The translations under genes and the position numbers were made by a program. A stretch of 64,000 bases of DNA from Candidatus Pelethousia sp. (GTDB taxonomy: Bacteria > Bacillota > Clostridia > Christensenellales > CAG-138), in contig JAYFPE010000004.1 of assembly GCA_034928145.1 (NCBI GenBank), positions 842 through 64,841 of the forward strand, in the 5' to 3' direction. The notes under the pieces were generated by a model. That model saw only the letters and a program-made list of their open reading frames with translations, ran no database searches and was not told where the DNA came from. Shown here piece after piece: positions 28,157 through 38,610 of this stretch. Every line of letters starts with the position of its first letter. Position 1 is the first letter of the stretch.

Positions 28157-29059
28157 TCAGGCCCCCTGTATCTCTTTCTGCGCCTTTTTGGTGAGCTTGG
28201 AGAAGGTTTGCTCATAGGCGTGGTCACACATGGCAAAGACCAGGTCTTTGGGAAGCTCGGCATCGAGATATACGCTGTTCCAGTTGCGCTTGTCGCTATA
28301 AAAGCCGGGCACAATATCCGCATATTGGCCCCGGTACAACTCGGCCAGCAGCGGATCGCACTTGAGGATGAGCATGGTGCGGCCGCCGTGGGGGCCGTAT
28401 TGCAGGCCCGGTGTGCATTGGGCGGCGAAGAGCTTGCCCCCTACCTGATAGCGTAGCCATTGCCACTCCACCTTGAAATCCTTTTGCACGCCCGGCATGG
28501 CCAGCAGATAATCATCCAGTCCAGGATAGTGCAAGGCGGCGAGGGCCGGGCCGTTGGGCTTATAGAGCACATGGCGGGGCAGGCCGCCGTATTTTTTTAC
28601 CGTTACGGTCAGCATGTAGCCTAAATCCAGCAAATTGGTAAGGCTGTAGCTGTTATCCGGGTGGGCCGTACAGAACAAATGCCGGTAGCCAAGGGCAGCC
28701 ATTTCCTTTTCGCCTTCGATGAGCAGCTTGGTCTGCAGCTTGTGGCCACGGTAGGCGGGGCGCACCGCTACGGAGTCCATATGCGCCGCTTTGGGCAGCT
28801 CCGCAGGCCAAAGCCCCGCGTCTCGGCCCAGATTTTCTTCGGCCAGGCCAGGGAAGTGCGCCTGGAATACACCGGCAATGCTTCCATCCGGCGCTTGCGC
28901 AACCAAGATGAAGCCGTCCCCCTGGATCTGCGCGGCCAAAAAGGCCTCGTCTGCGGGTGCGAACCACGCCGGCTGCCGCAGGGATGCCGTGGTTTCCGCT
29001 ATCACCCGCATCAGACTGGGCAGGTCGTTTAGGCCGGCTTTTCGTATTACAAAATCCAT
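28157..29059 (-). CDS. Fusion protein: N-terminal GNAT acetyltransferase plus C-terminal MmcQ/YjbR-family domain
   Basis: The N-half has a GNAT motif (VRPAYRGHKLQTKLL). The C-half (VEWQWLRYQVGGKLFA...ILKCDP...PGFYSDKRNWNSVYLD) looks like YjbR/MmcQ. Start MDFVIRK follows GGAAGGAGA. Confidence 0.6.
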   Translation of the reverse strand: MDFVIRKAGLNDLPSLMRVIAETTASLRQPAWFAPADEAFLAAQIQGDGFILVAQAPDGSIAGVFQAHFPGLAEENLGRDAGLWPAELPKAAHMDSVAVRPAYRGHKLQTKLLIEGEKEMAALGYRHLFCTAHPDNSYSLTNLLDLGYMLTVTVKKYGGLPRHVLYKPNGPALAALHYPGLDDYLLAMPGVQKDFKVEWQWLRYQVGGKLFAAQCTPGLQYGPHGGRTMLILKCDPLLAELYRGQYADIVPGFYSDKRNWNSVYLDAELPKDLVFAMCDHAYEQTFSKLTKKAQKEIQGA

Positions 29060-29298
29060 GCTTGTCTCCTTCCGGATCGTGTGCACACCATGCTATAAAT
29101 TCCTGCTTTTAGTATAACGGTTCCCGCCCGGCAGCGCAATGCACGTGCGGGGACGGAACGGAGGCTTTTCGAACCGGCTGCGCGGGCACTCTTCGCCGCG
29201 TGATGCCGCGAAAATGCGCCTATGGCATAGGCTTCGTCCCATACGGGCGAGAGCGCTCTCTATTTTATCCGCAAGATGGCGGAAATGCTGATATTTTA

Positions 29299-29327
29299 TT
29301 GCATTCTGTAGATTTTGCGTGTATAAT
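29299..29327 (+). promoter_or_regulatory. Sigma-A type promoter far upstream of the CapD-like gene
   Basis: TTGCAT-17 nt-TATAAT. This leaves a leader of about 270 nt before the ATG at 29605. Confidence 0.55.
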
Positions 29328-29604
29328 TTATCCAAATGCATGGTGGTTTGCTATGCGAAAAAGGCCGCCTTTCCGCCTGTTTTCGGTTAGAATAGGAGGC
29401 TTGAAAACCAGAGTAGGAGGATGGGAAAAGGTATGTGATAGGCTGGCGGTTCGCTGCCTATCGCTATGTCTGCTTTCCACACTAAGCATATGCGCCATAT
29501 CATGGCGCGCCTGCTGTGCGGGTGGAGGTACCCATCGAGCTGGCGACGGCTTTCTATGGGATTCGGCAGAAACGAGAATAACCCGATGATTAGCGAGAAA
29601 ACAA

Positions 29605-31500
<1,896 letters not shown>

Positions 31501-31534
31501 TAAGCCGCAAGGGGAATCCTATATACATACAATC

Positions 31535-31578
31535 AGGGGCCATCGCGCGAAGCAAGCGCGATGGCCCCTTGTTGTATT
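31535..31578 (+). terminator. Rho-independent terminator
   Basis: AGGGGCCATCGCGC-7 nt-GCGCGATGGCCCCT followed by TGTTGTATT. Confidence 0.7.
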
Positions 31579-31789
31579 GCTCGGCGGAGGGAGCGCTTCG
31601 CAGGGCGGCATACCAGCATCTCAACGCACAGCCAACAAAACAAACGGCGAAGGCCCTGACGCGTATCAGGAGGTTGTGCCCAGAGGCCGCCGATTGTGTA
31701 AAGCTAACAAACGGCCTTCAGACGCAACGATCACCATTAAGGCTGGCCCCCGAAGCCGCCGTCCGCGTAGGACCCGTGTGCGCAGGGCC

Positions 31790-33397
31790 TTATGCATTGG
31801 TGTTCAGCGCGGCAAAGCTTATCTTGTTGTTCTTGTGCAGAACCTGAAAGACCTTATATTGCCTGTCATAAGCCGACTTATCCGCGGCGTTGGGGTAAAA
31901 AACGCGGTAGGGCGGCAGCAGTTCCTTAGCTGCGGCCACGGCGGGTATCGCGCCGGTGGCGGCGGCGATGAGCACGGCCGCGCCCAGCGCGCCCACGTTT
32001 TGCGGATCCGGCAGGGTGGCGACCTTATGCCCTAAAACATCGGCCAGAATCTGGCAGATCACGGCTGAGGAAGCGCCGCCGCCGCACACCATGATGATTT
32101 CGGAAGCGGGGAGCTTGCGCTCGTGGGCCTCGAGCATCAGGCGGCAATGAAAGGCGATTCCTTCGATTACGGCCCGAATGAGGGCGGATTTGCCCGTATC
32201 GATGCCGATGTTGAAGAACATGCCCCGGGCGCTGGCATCCTCAAAGGGGCAACGGTTGCCGTGCAGCCAGGGGGTGAAGATCACGCCATTGCTTCCCGGC
32301 GGCACTTCGCTCACCACCTCGCAAAGGTAATCGTAGAGGCTCAAATACATGCTCTCGAGCGATTCGGCCACGTGCGTTTTTTGCAGGTAAATGCCAATCT
32401 CATCCAGGGCCAGGTGATCCTTGACCCATTCGAGGCACTTGCCGGCGGTCTCCATCTCGGCAAAATAGTGGTAAAGCCCGCGCTGGCAGCCCACGATGGC
32501 GGCAATGGAAACGGCAGGGTCTACGATCTGCTTATCCGTTACAGTGGAGATCCAGCCGGAGGTGCCCAGGTAAATGTGTGTTTCGCCCGGCGCCACGGCT
32601 CCCACGCCCACGCCGATCAGCTCCGCATCCCCCCCGCCGCCATAAACGGCAGTGCCGGCGGAAAGGCCCAGCTCGGTCGCGGCGGCGGGCGCAATGCGGC
32701 CGGCCAGGTCCGAGGAGGCGATGACGGGGGGCAGGTGATCCATGTTCACGCCCGCCAGGTCGCACAGTGTTTGACTCCACGCGCATTTGGGGCCGCGCAC
32801 ATCGCACAGGAAGGTGGCATAGGCCGAGCCTTCGGTCATGGTCATCTCGCCTGTGAAGCGGAAGACGAGGTAATCCTTAACGTCCAGCCATTTGTAGATG
32901 CGACTGTAAATTTCGGGCTCGTTTTCCTGCACCCATTTGTATTTCCATAAGGGATCCTTAATGCTGGTGGGCGCGGCTTTCGTGAGGGAGAGCCAGGTGA
33001 GCAGCTTGCGCGCGTTGTAACCTGCGATGCGGGGCGCTTGCGTGAAACCCCGGGCGTATTGCTTTTGCGCCCGATTATCCATATAACTCATGGCCGGCCG
33101 CAGGTACCTGCCGTCTTTACCGACCAACACCAGGCCTTGCATCTGCGAGCAAAAGGAAACCGCTGTGACCGCTTCCGCGGCTAGGCCGGTTTTATGCAAA
33201 ACCGCTTTGGTCGTTTGGCAAAGGGCGGCCCACCACTCGTCCGGATCCTGCTCCGCGCCGCCGTTTTTTAGCATGTAGAGGCCATAGCCGGCATAGGCGG
33301 AGCCGACAAGGGCGATTTTGCCCTCGAGGCGAAACAAGCAGGTCTTCACGCCGGTGGTGCCTACATCATAGGTGACGGCATAGGTTGGCGCAGCCAT
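31790..33397 (-). CDS. FGGY-family carbohydrate kinase (535 aa, substrate unknown)
   Basis: N-terminal DVGTTGVKT phosphate-1 motif and C-terminal GGGASS motif typical of FGGY kinases. Confidence 0.8.
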   Translation of the reverse strand: MAAPTYAVTYDVGTTGVKTCLFRLEGKIALVGSAYAGYGLYMLKNGGAEQDPDEWWAALCQTTKAVLHKTGLAAEAVTAVSFCSQMQGLVLVGKDGRYLRPAMSYMDNRAQKQYARGFTQAPRIAGYNARKLLTWLSLTKAAPTSIKDPLWKYKWVQENEPEIYSRIYKWLDVKDYLVFRFTGEMTMTEGSAYATFLCDVRGPKCAWSQTLCDLAGVNMDHLPPVIASSDLAGRIAPAAATELGLSAGTAVYGGGGDAELIGVGVGAVAPGETHIYLGTSGWISTVTDKQIVDPAVSIAAIVGCQRGLYHYFAEMETAGKCLEWVKDHLALDEIGIYLQKTHVAESLESMYLSLYDYLCEVVSEVPPGSNGVIFTPWLHGNRCPFEDASARGMFFNIGIDTGKSALIRAVIEGIAFHCRLMLEAHERKLPASEIIMVCGGGASSAVICQILADVLGHKVATLPDPQNVGALGAAVLIAAATGAIPAVAAAKELLPPYRVFYPNAADKSAYDRQYKVFQVLHKNNKISFAALNTNA

Positions 33398-33458
33398 AAG
33401 AAACCCCTCCCGATATACGCAGATTTGTACGGCGCCGGGCCGCAGACCCTATTGGAAA

Positions 33459-33472
33459 AGTGAGTACTCACT
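33459..33472. promoter_or_regulatory. Perfect 14-bp palindrome, candidate TetR operator
   Basis: AGTGAGTACTCACT lies 62 nt upstream of the FGGY kinase start. It shares half-sites with the palindrome at 34919-34936. Confidence 0.5.
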
Positions 33473-33486
33473 CATTACATATGTAT

Positions 33487-33528
33487 AAAAAAGCGGATGC
33501 GTGCAAAAACTCGTTCCGTCCGCATCCG
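33487..33528 (-). terminator. Rho-independent terminator after the GtrA-like gene
   Basis: Minus strand CGGATGCG-19 nt-CGCATCCG followed by CTTTTTTAT. Confidence 0.55.
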
Positions 33529-33549
33529 GCAAGCCGGTGGAAATGCCGC

Positions 33550-33993
33550 CTATTGGGCCAGGTCGTTGGTATTCATTTGGCCACGATAAACCACGAAGCG
33601 GCAATATAGGTATTCCAGCACCAGGTTACAAAGCATGGTTACGCCCAGCACCAGGTAGTCGTTAACGCCCATGCGCTCCGCGGCATCCCCCAGCCAGGTG
33701 GAAAGGGGCGTAAAGATCAGATAAAACCCGAGCACCAGCAGCATCGCTTTGGGCACGTTGGCGGCCGATTTAAAGGTGAAGCGCCGATTGACCGTGAAAT
33801 TATAAAGCACCGAGGCCGTGAGGGCGATCAGATAGCTAGGCCAGTAGGGGAAGGAGGTGACCTCGTTGAAGAGGGTGAACAAAAGCACCTGGATCAACCC
33901 GGCGGAGGCGGAAAACAAGGTGAATTTGAGGGCCTGCCAGGCCGTTTGCCCGGATGTGAGCGCCGCCGCCTGCTTTGCGTTTTCAGTTTTCAT
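33550..33993 (-). CDS. GtrA family membrane protein
   Basis: 147 aa with 4 TM helices and the GtrA-like motif (FTLFSASAGLIQ...YNFTVNRRFTFK). Start MKTEN follows GGAGG. Confidence 0.7.
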   Translation of the reverse strand: MKTENAKQAAALTSGQTAWQALKFTLFSASAGLIQVLLFTLFNEVTSFPYWPSYLIALTASVLYNFTVNRRFTFKSAANVPKAMLLVLGFYLIFTPLSTWLGDAAERMGVNDYLVLGVTMLCNLVLEYLYCRFVVYRGQMNTNDLAQ

Positions 33994-34142
33994 GCATGGC
34001 CTCCAGATTGGGAGTGAGTGATTGCTTATTATTCTGGTTCTATCATAAACGCTACGTCTTGTCAATGAAATTGATGGCCGGGATTTGCATATCCGGCCGG
34101 ATTCCACAAAAGAAGTGAGCAATAGCTCATTCGGCCATGCCA

Positions 34143-34805
34143 CTAATCAATGCCAAACATGCTTTGCAGGCCCTTCATGATGCAGCGAATTACATGCTCG
34201 TTGTCCTTGGCGTTGCGTTCGCTAAGGAAAAGGGAGAAGCGCTTTTGATAATAAGGGCAGGCAAAGGAATACTGCATGGCCATGAGCTGGTTATCCAGCA
34301 TAAAGGCCAGAATCCGCGCGTCGATATCCTGGCGTACCTCGCCCCGCTGCTGAGCTGCGGCAATCAGCTCATAATAAGCCCTGGCCGTTACGCCCTCGAT
34401 GCGCTGCGCCAAGGCCTCGGCCCGCGCGCTGTCGTGCTCCGAGGTGAATACGCTGTAGAGCCGGATAAGGTTGGGATCGCGCTTGGAATAATCCTGCGCC
34501 AGGCGCAGAAGCTTTTCCAACTTGGAGAGAAAGCGGATATCCTCGGCCAGAATATTGCTTATGAAATCGGCCATGATGGCAGCCTCATACTCCACGATAT
34601 ACATGAAGAGGTCTTCCTTAGCTGCGAAATATTTATACAGCGCCCCCACGCTGATCTCTGCTGCCTGCGCGATGCGGTTCACATTGGCCCCGGCATAGCC
34701 GAAGGCGGCGAATTCCGCCACAGCCGCGGCGATGATGCGGCCGCGCTTTTCCTCACCGATGCGCAAAAAGAGCTCGGATGCATAACCCCTTGCCTGCTCT
34801 TCCAT
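34143..34805 (-). CDS. TetR/AcrR family transcriptional regulator
   Basis: N-terminal HTH region (FAAFGYAGANVNRIAQAAEISVGALYKYF). Start set at MEEQAR. Confidence 0.8.
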   Translation of the reverse strand: MEEQARGYASELFLRIGEEKRGRIIAAAVAEFAAFGYAGANVNRIAQAAEISVGALYKYFAAKEDLFMYIVEYEAAIMADFISNILAEDIRFLSKLEKLLRLAQDYSKRDPNLIRLYSVFTSEHDSARAEALAQRIEGVTARAYYELIAAAQQRGEVRQDIDARILAFMLDNQLMAMQYSFACPYYQKRFSLFLSERNAKDNEHVIRCIMKGLQSMFGID

Positions 34806-34882
34806 CTGACGGTTCCCTTTCTTACAAATAAGCTTAACATCACAATCATAAAGGAGTAGCGCGAAAATTACAAGGTTTTGTA

Positions 34883-34913
34883 TTGACAATCCTCTGGGGA
34901 TATGGTAAAAAAT
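34883..34913 (+). promoter_or_regulatory. Sigma-A type promoter of the aminotransferase/aldolase operon
   Basis: TTGACA-17 nt-TAAAAA(T), immediately upstream of the 18-bp palindrome. Confidence 0.55.
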
Positions 34914-34918
34914 GAAGT

Positions 34919-34936
34919 AGTGAGTGATCACTCACT
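34919..34936. promoter_or_regulatory. Perfect 18-bp palindrome, candidate TetR operator
   Basis: AGTGAGTGATCACTCACT sits at the predicted transcription start, in the region between tetR and the aminotransferase gene. Confidence 0.55.
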
Positions 34937-34962
34937 TCTGCATTTCAGAAAGGATGTCTGCC

Positions 34963-36432
34963 ATGAATACGGGAAAAGCGCTAAGCCGCTATGTCGACGC
35001 CCAGGCTGTGACCAGGAAGCTGGATGAGTTGATCAAGCTGCCCATCTATTCGATTACAGAGGACGCCTTGCAGCGTTACGAAAGGGAATACTTCGATAAA
35101 AAGTGCGCCGGCTCCAAAGCGCGCCTCACAGCCGCCAAGACCATCATCCCCGGCGGCGTGCAGCATAACTTGGCTTTCAACTATCCTTTCCCACTGGTTT
35201 TTACCAGCGCCAAAGGGCATAAGCTCACGGATATCGACGGCAATCAATACTATGACTTTTTACAATCCGGCGGGCCCACGGTGCTAGGCAGCAATGATGA
35301 TTTCGTGCGCGCCAAGGTATGCGAGCTGTTGGATGCCTGCGGCCCTTCCACCGGCCTGTTCCACGAGTATGAATACCTGCTGGCCTCTAAGATCGCCGAG
35401 CTTGTGCCCTCGGTGGATATGTTCCGCATGTATACCTCGGGCACAGAGGCCTGCATGGTGGCGAGCCGCGTAGCCCGCCTGGCCACCAAGAAAAAGCATA
35501 TCGTAAAGATGGGCGGCGCGTACCACGGCTGGAGCGACCAACTGGCCTATGGCATCCGCATTCCCGGCACTAAGGGCCTGCAATCCCACGGCATCCCGGG
35601 CTTTTGCTTCAGCCGCACGGAGGAGTTCTTCCCCAATGACCTCGATAGCCTCGAGCGCCTGCTGCGCCGCAATACCCTTCGGGGCGGCACGGCGGCGGTC
35701 TTTCTTGAGCCCATCGGCCCGGAAAGCGGCACGCGGCCCGTAGATTTGGGCTTTGATAAGGGCGTGGAGGCTCTCTGCCGCAAATACGGCGCGCTGCTGG
35801 TTTTTGACGAGGTGGTCACGGGCTTTCGCATGGGTATGGATGGCGCCCAGGGCTACTTCGGCGTTTCGCCGGACCTCACCGTGTTCGGCAAGGTGATCGC
35901 GGGCGGCTACCCCGGCGCGGGCGGCCTGGGCGGCAAAAAGGAATACATGCGTTTCTTGGGCGCCGGCCTTGACGGCGGCGGCAAAAAGGCCCTCTCGGGC
36001 GGCACGCTGGCAGCCAACCCTCTCAGTTGCGCCGCCGGTTATCACACCCTATGCGAGATGGAGCGCACCAACGCCTGCGCCAAGGCCAACGCCATGGGCG
36101 ACCTGCTCACAGACGGGCTATGTGACCTGATCGAAAAACACAAGCTGCCCTTTGCCGCCTATAACGTGGGCTCCATCTGCCATTTGGATACCTTGGGTAC
36201 CATGCATTTTGCCATCGATTGGTCAAAGCCCTGGAAGGTACCCGCCATCCTCAAGCAGACCTCGGCCCGCAAGAAGGAGATGGAGCATATGGGCGCGGCC
36301 TATATGGCCGAGGGCCTTGTGACCCTGGCAGGCAACCGCCTCTATACCAACGCAACCTATACGCCTGCGGATATTGCCGAGGTGCTCACTCGCTTCGACC
36401 GGGTGCTGGCGCAGGTAGCGACCAAGATATAG
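34963..36432 (+). CDS. Class III aminotransferase (glutamate-1-semialdehyde aminomutase-like)
   Basis: GGAYHGW, FDEVVTGFR and the FGKVIAGG PLP-lysine context. 489 aa. Confidence 0.8.
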   Translation: MNTGKALSRYVDAQAVTRKLDELIKLPIYSITEDALQRYEREYFDKKCAGSKARLTAAKTIIPGGVQHNLAFNYPFPLVFTSAKGHKLTDIDGNQYYDFLQSGGPTVLGSNDDFVRAKVCELLDACGPSTGLFHEYEYLLASKIAELVPSVDMFRMYTSGTEACMVASRVARLATKKKHIVKMGGAYHGWSDQLAYGIRIPGTKGLQSHGIPGFCFSRTEEFFPNDLDSLERLLRRNTLRGGTAAVFLEPIGPESGTRPVDLGFDKGVEALCRKYGALLVFDEVVTGFRMGMDGAQGYFGVSPDLTVFGKVIAGGYPGAGGLGGKKEYMRFLGAGLDGGGKKALSGGTLAANPLSCAAGYHTLCEMERTNACAKANAMGDLLTDGLCDLIEKHKLPFAAYNVGSICHLDTLGTMHFAIDWSKPWKVPAILKQTSARKKEMEHMGAAYMAEGLVTLAGNRLYTNATYTPADIAEVLTRFDRVLAQVATKI

Positions 36433-36450
36433 CGCGAAGGAGGGATATCC

Positions 36451-37572
36451 ATGCAGGAGCGCACCGCCAAAGCGGAAGTGATCGCAGCCGGGCAAGAGCT
36501 GGTGACGCGGGGCCTGGTGGCCCGTACCTGGGGCAACGTCAGCTGCCGCATCGATGAAAACACCTTCGCCATCACCCCGAGCGGAATCGGCTACGAGCGG
36601 CTCACGCCGGAAATGATCGTTGCCGTGGATATCCGCACCTTAGCATACGCAGGGGAGGTAAAGCCCTCCTCAGAAAAGGGCATCCATGCCGCCGCCTATC
36701 GGTTAAACCCTAACGTGAATTTTGTGATCCACACCCACCAGACCTACGCCGCCTGTTTGAGCGTATCCGGCTATGCCGCCCTGGCTTCTACAGGGGCCGA
36801 GCGCGACCTTTTGGGTGGGGATATTCTGCGCACGGCTTACGCCCTGCCCGGTACCAAGGCCCTTAGAAGGAACGTGGAAGCGGCTCTCGCGGCCGGTGGG
36901 AACGCCATTTTGATGGAAAGGCACGGCGCGCTGCTCACCGGGGCGGACCGGGCCACGGCCTTTGCGCGCGCCGTGGCGCTGGAGGCCGTGTGCCGCCGCG
37001 CCGCGCCCAAGATACCTCTCGCGGCGGCGGAACCGCCCCCGATCTATAGCCGCCGCCTGGATGGCGACGCCTTTGCGATATCCGGCATAGCGGAGGATGG
37101 AGGAGAGCGAGAGCTTCGGCTGCGCGAGGATGGCCTTGCGCCCGTGGCGACGCTGCACGCGGCCATCTACCGGGCCTACCCCGCTTTTGCCGGCATCATG
37201 CACCTATCCTCAGAGGTTTTACGCGAGGCCATGGAAGGAACGAGCGCATTACCCGCCGTGCTGGATGATTTCGCCCAACTGGCGGGGGGCGATATGAAGG
37301 CTTGCGGCGCGCTTTCCCCGGCTGATCCGCAAAGCGCCATCCGGGCGGCTGTGCGCGGCCTTAAAGGCCGCAATTGCGTGTACATACGGGGCCTGGGGGC
37401 CATCGGCTGCGCGGCCACGGCCGAGGATTGCGGCGCTGTGCTGGCGCTCTCGGAAAAGAACGCCCTCGCTTATCTCAACGCGCGCGCGAGCGGCCCCGTA
37501 GACGCCCTTCCCTGGCTGGATCGCAAGCTGATGCGGCTGATCTACACCCGCAAATATTCCAAGAGAAAATAA
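36451..37572 (+). CDS. Class II aldolase/adducin-family protein with a duplicated (degenerate) second domain
   Basis: The N-half has GNVSCR, ITPSG and VIHTHQ (metal His pair). The C-half repeats the fold signature but reads IMHLSSE in place of HTH. At 373 aa it is much longer than the roughly 215 aa usual for this family. Confidence 0.75.
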   Translation: MQERTAKAEVIAAGQELVTRGLVARTWGNVSCRIDENTFAITPSGIGYERLTPEMIVAVDIRTLAYAGEVKPSSEKGIHAAAYRLNPNVNFVIHTHQTYAACLSVSGYAALASTGAERDLLGGDILRTAYALPGTKALRRNVEAALAAGGNAILMERHGALLTGADRATAFARAVALEAVCRRAAPKIPLAAAEPPPIYSRRLDGDAFAISGIAEDGGERELRLREDGLAPVATLHAAIYRAYPAFAGIMHLSSEVLREAMEGTSALPAVLDDFAQLAGGDMKACGALSPADPQSAIRAAVRGLKGRNCVYIRGLGAIGCAATAEDCGAVLALSEKNALAYLNARASGPVDALPWLDRKLMRLIYTRKYSKRK

Positions 37573-37687
37573 AGCAAACAAGCAAAGCACGCACAGCGCC
37601 CGGGCATTTCCGTGGCGCTGCTATTTATGCTATACTGATGATAATAACAGAATGGCCCTATGCAGGGGCTGATCGGGAGGGCACACC

Positions 37688-38557
37688 ATGAAAAAAGCCG
37701 TCGCCATGCTGCTGTGCATCATCGCCATCTTTGCCGCACGCCCCGCCATCGCCCAAGCCGATGTGGGCCCCAAGCCCTCTGTGACCGTCGATTTTGAGGG
37801 GCTGGAGGGACGGCGCTATTACGCCACGCTCTTGGCGAGCGTATCTTCCACCGGCCCATTTTCCGCCCTGAAGGAAGGCGAAGAAGCCTATTCACATTAT
37901 CAGGAGGGCGAGGCGGATTACGATATCTTCCGCAAATTCGTCCAATACGAGGATGCGGACGGTTTTTACTTCCTGCAATATTTTGAGGATTGCACACAAA
38001 GCCGCCGGTTTAGCTGGACGTATTACCCGCCCGAAGAGTTTAAGGTGCTTCTCTATTTTCCGGATACGGACAGCTTCCTCACGGACAATGCGCGCTACCA
38101 GCGCTATGCCTTCGACAGCTATTTTACCGCTACCGTGCAGGCGGATGGGGTGCTAAGCATCGCAAAATCCTATGATTATGCAGGTGAGGCCCTTTCGCTG
38201 GCCGTGCGGATCGTTTTGACCATTGCCATCGAGCTGGCTATCGCCCTGCTTTTCGGCTTGCGGGAAAAGGGGAGGCTGCGCTTTATCGCCCTGGTCAACC
38301 TGTTTACCCAGATCGGCTTGAATGTGACCCTCAGCATCGCCGATTATCACTTGGGCCTCTTTGGCTTCCTGGCCGTCTACATCCTGCTGGAAATGGCCGT
38401 GTTCGCGCTCGAGGGGGCGCTGTATGCGGCCTTCCTGCCCAAGCGCGGCGAAAAGAAGCTCCCACGCTGGCTGGCCTGGGCCTATGCCCTGGCTGCCAAC
38501 AGCCTCTCCTTCCTGCTGGGTTTATTCCTGGCCGTTTGGCTGCCCGCGATATTCTAA
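37688..38557 (+). CDS. Hypothetical secreted/membrane protein (signal peptide, extracytoplasmic domain, 4 C-terminal TM helices)
   Basis: MKKAVAMLLCIIAIFAARPAIAQA signal and a GGGAGGG RBS. No family recognised. Confidence 0.5.
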   Translation: MKKAVAMLLCIIAIFAARPAIAQADVGPKPSVTVDFEGLEGRRYYATLLASVSSTGPFSALKEGEEAYSHYQEGEADYDIFRKFVQYEDADGFYFLQYFEDCTQSRRFSWTYYPPEEFKVLLYFPDTDSFLTDNARYQRYAFDSYFTATVQADGVLSIAKSYDYAGEALSLAVRIVLTIAIELAIALLFGLREKGRLRFIALVNLFTQIGLNVTLSIADYHLGLFGFLAVYILLEMAVFALEGALYAAFLPKRGEKKLPRWLAWAYALAANSLSFLLGLFLAVWLPAIF

Positions 38558-38572
38558 GCGGCTCCGCCTGTT

Positions 38573-38600
38573 AAAAAAGTGGCCTGACGGCCACTTTTTT
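38573..38600. terminator. Bidirectional terminator, member of the conserved palindrome family
   Basis: AAAAAAGTGGCCTGACGGCCACTTTTTT lies between convergent genes. Confidence 0.75.
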
Positions 38601-38610
38601 CATTCGTTTT

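Noticed and set aside
29200-29589. 129-aa plus-strand ORF, and the 82-aa and 126-aa minus-strand ORFs, in the 518-bp region upstream of the CapD-like gene.
   Set aside because: They have no RBS, and the translations are Cys/Arg/Trp-rich and unlike proteins. The region is better explained as promoter plus leader.
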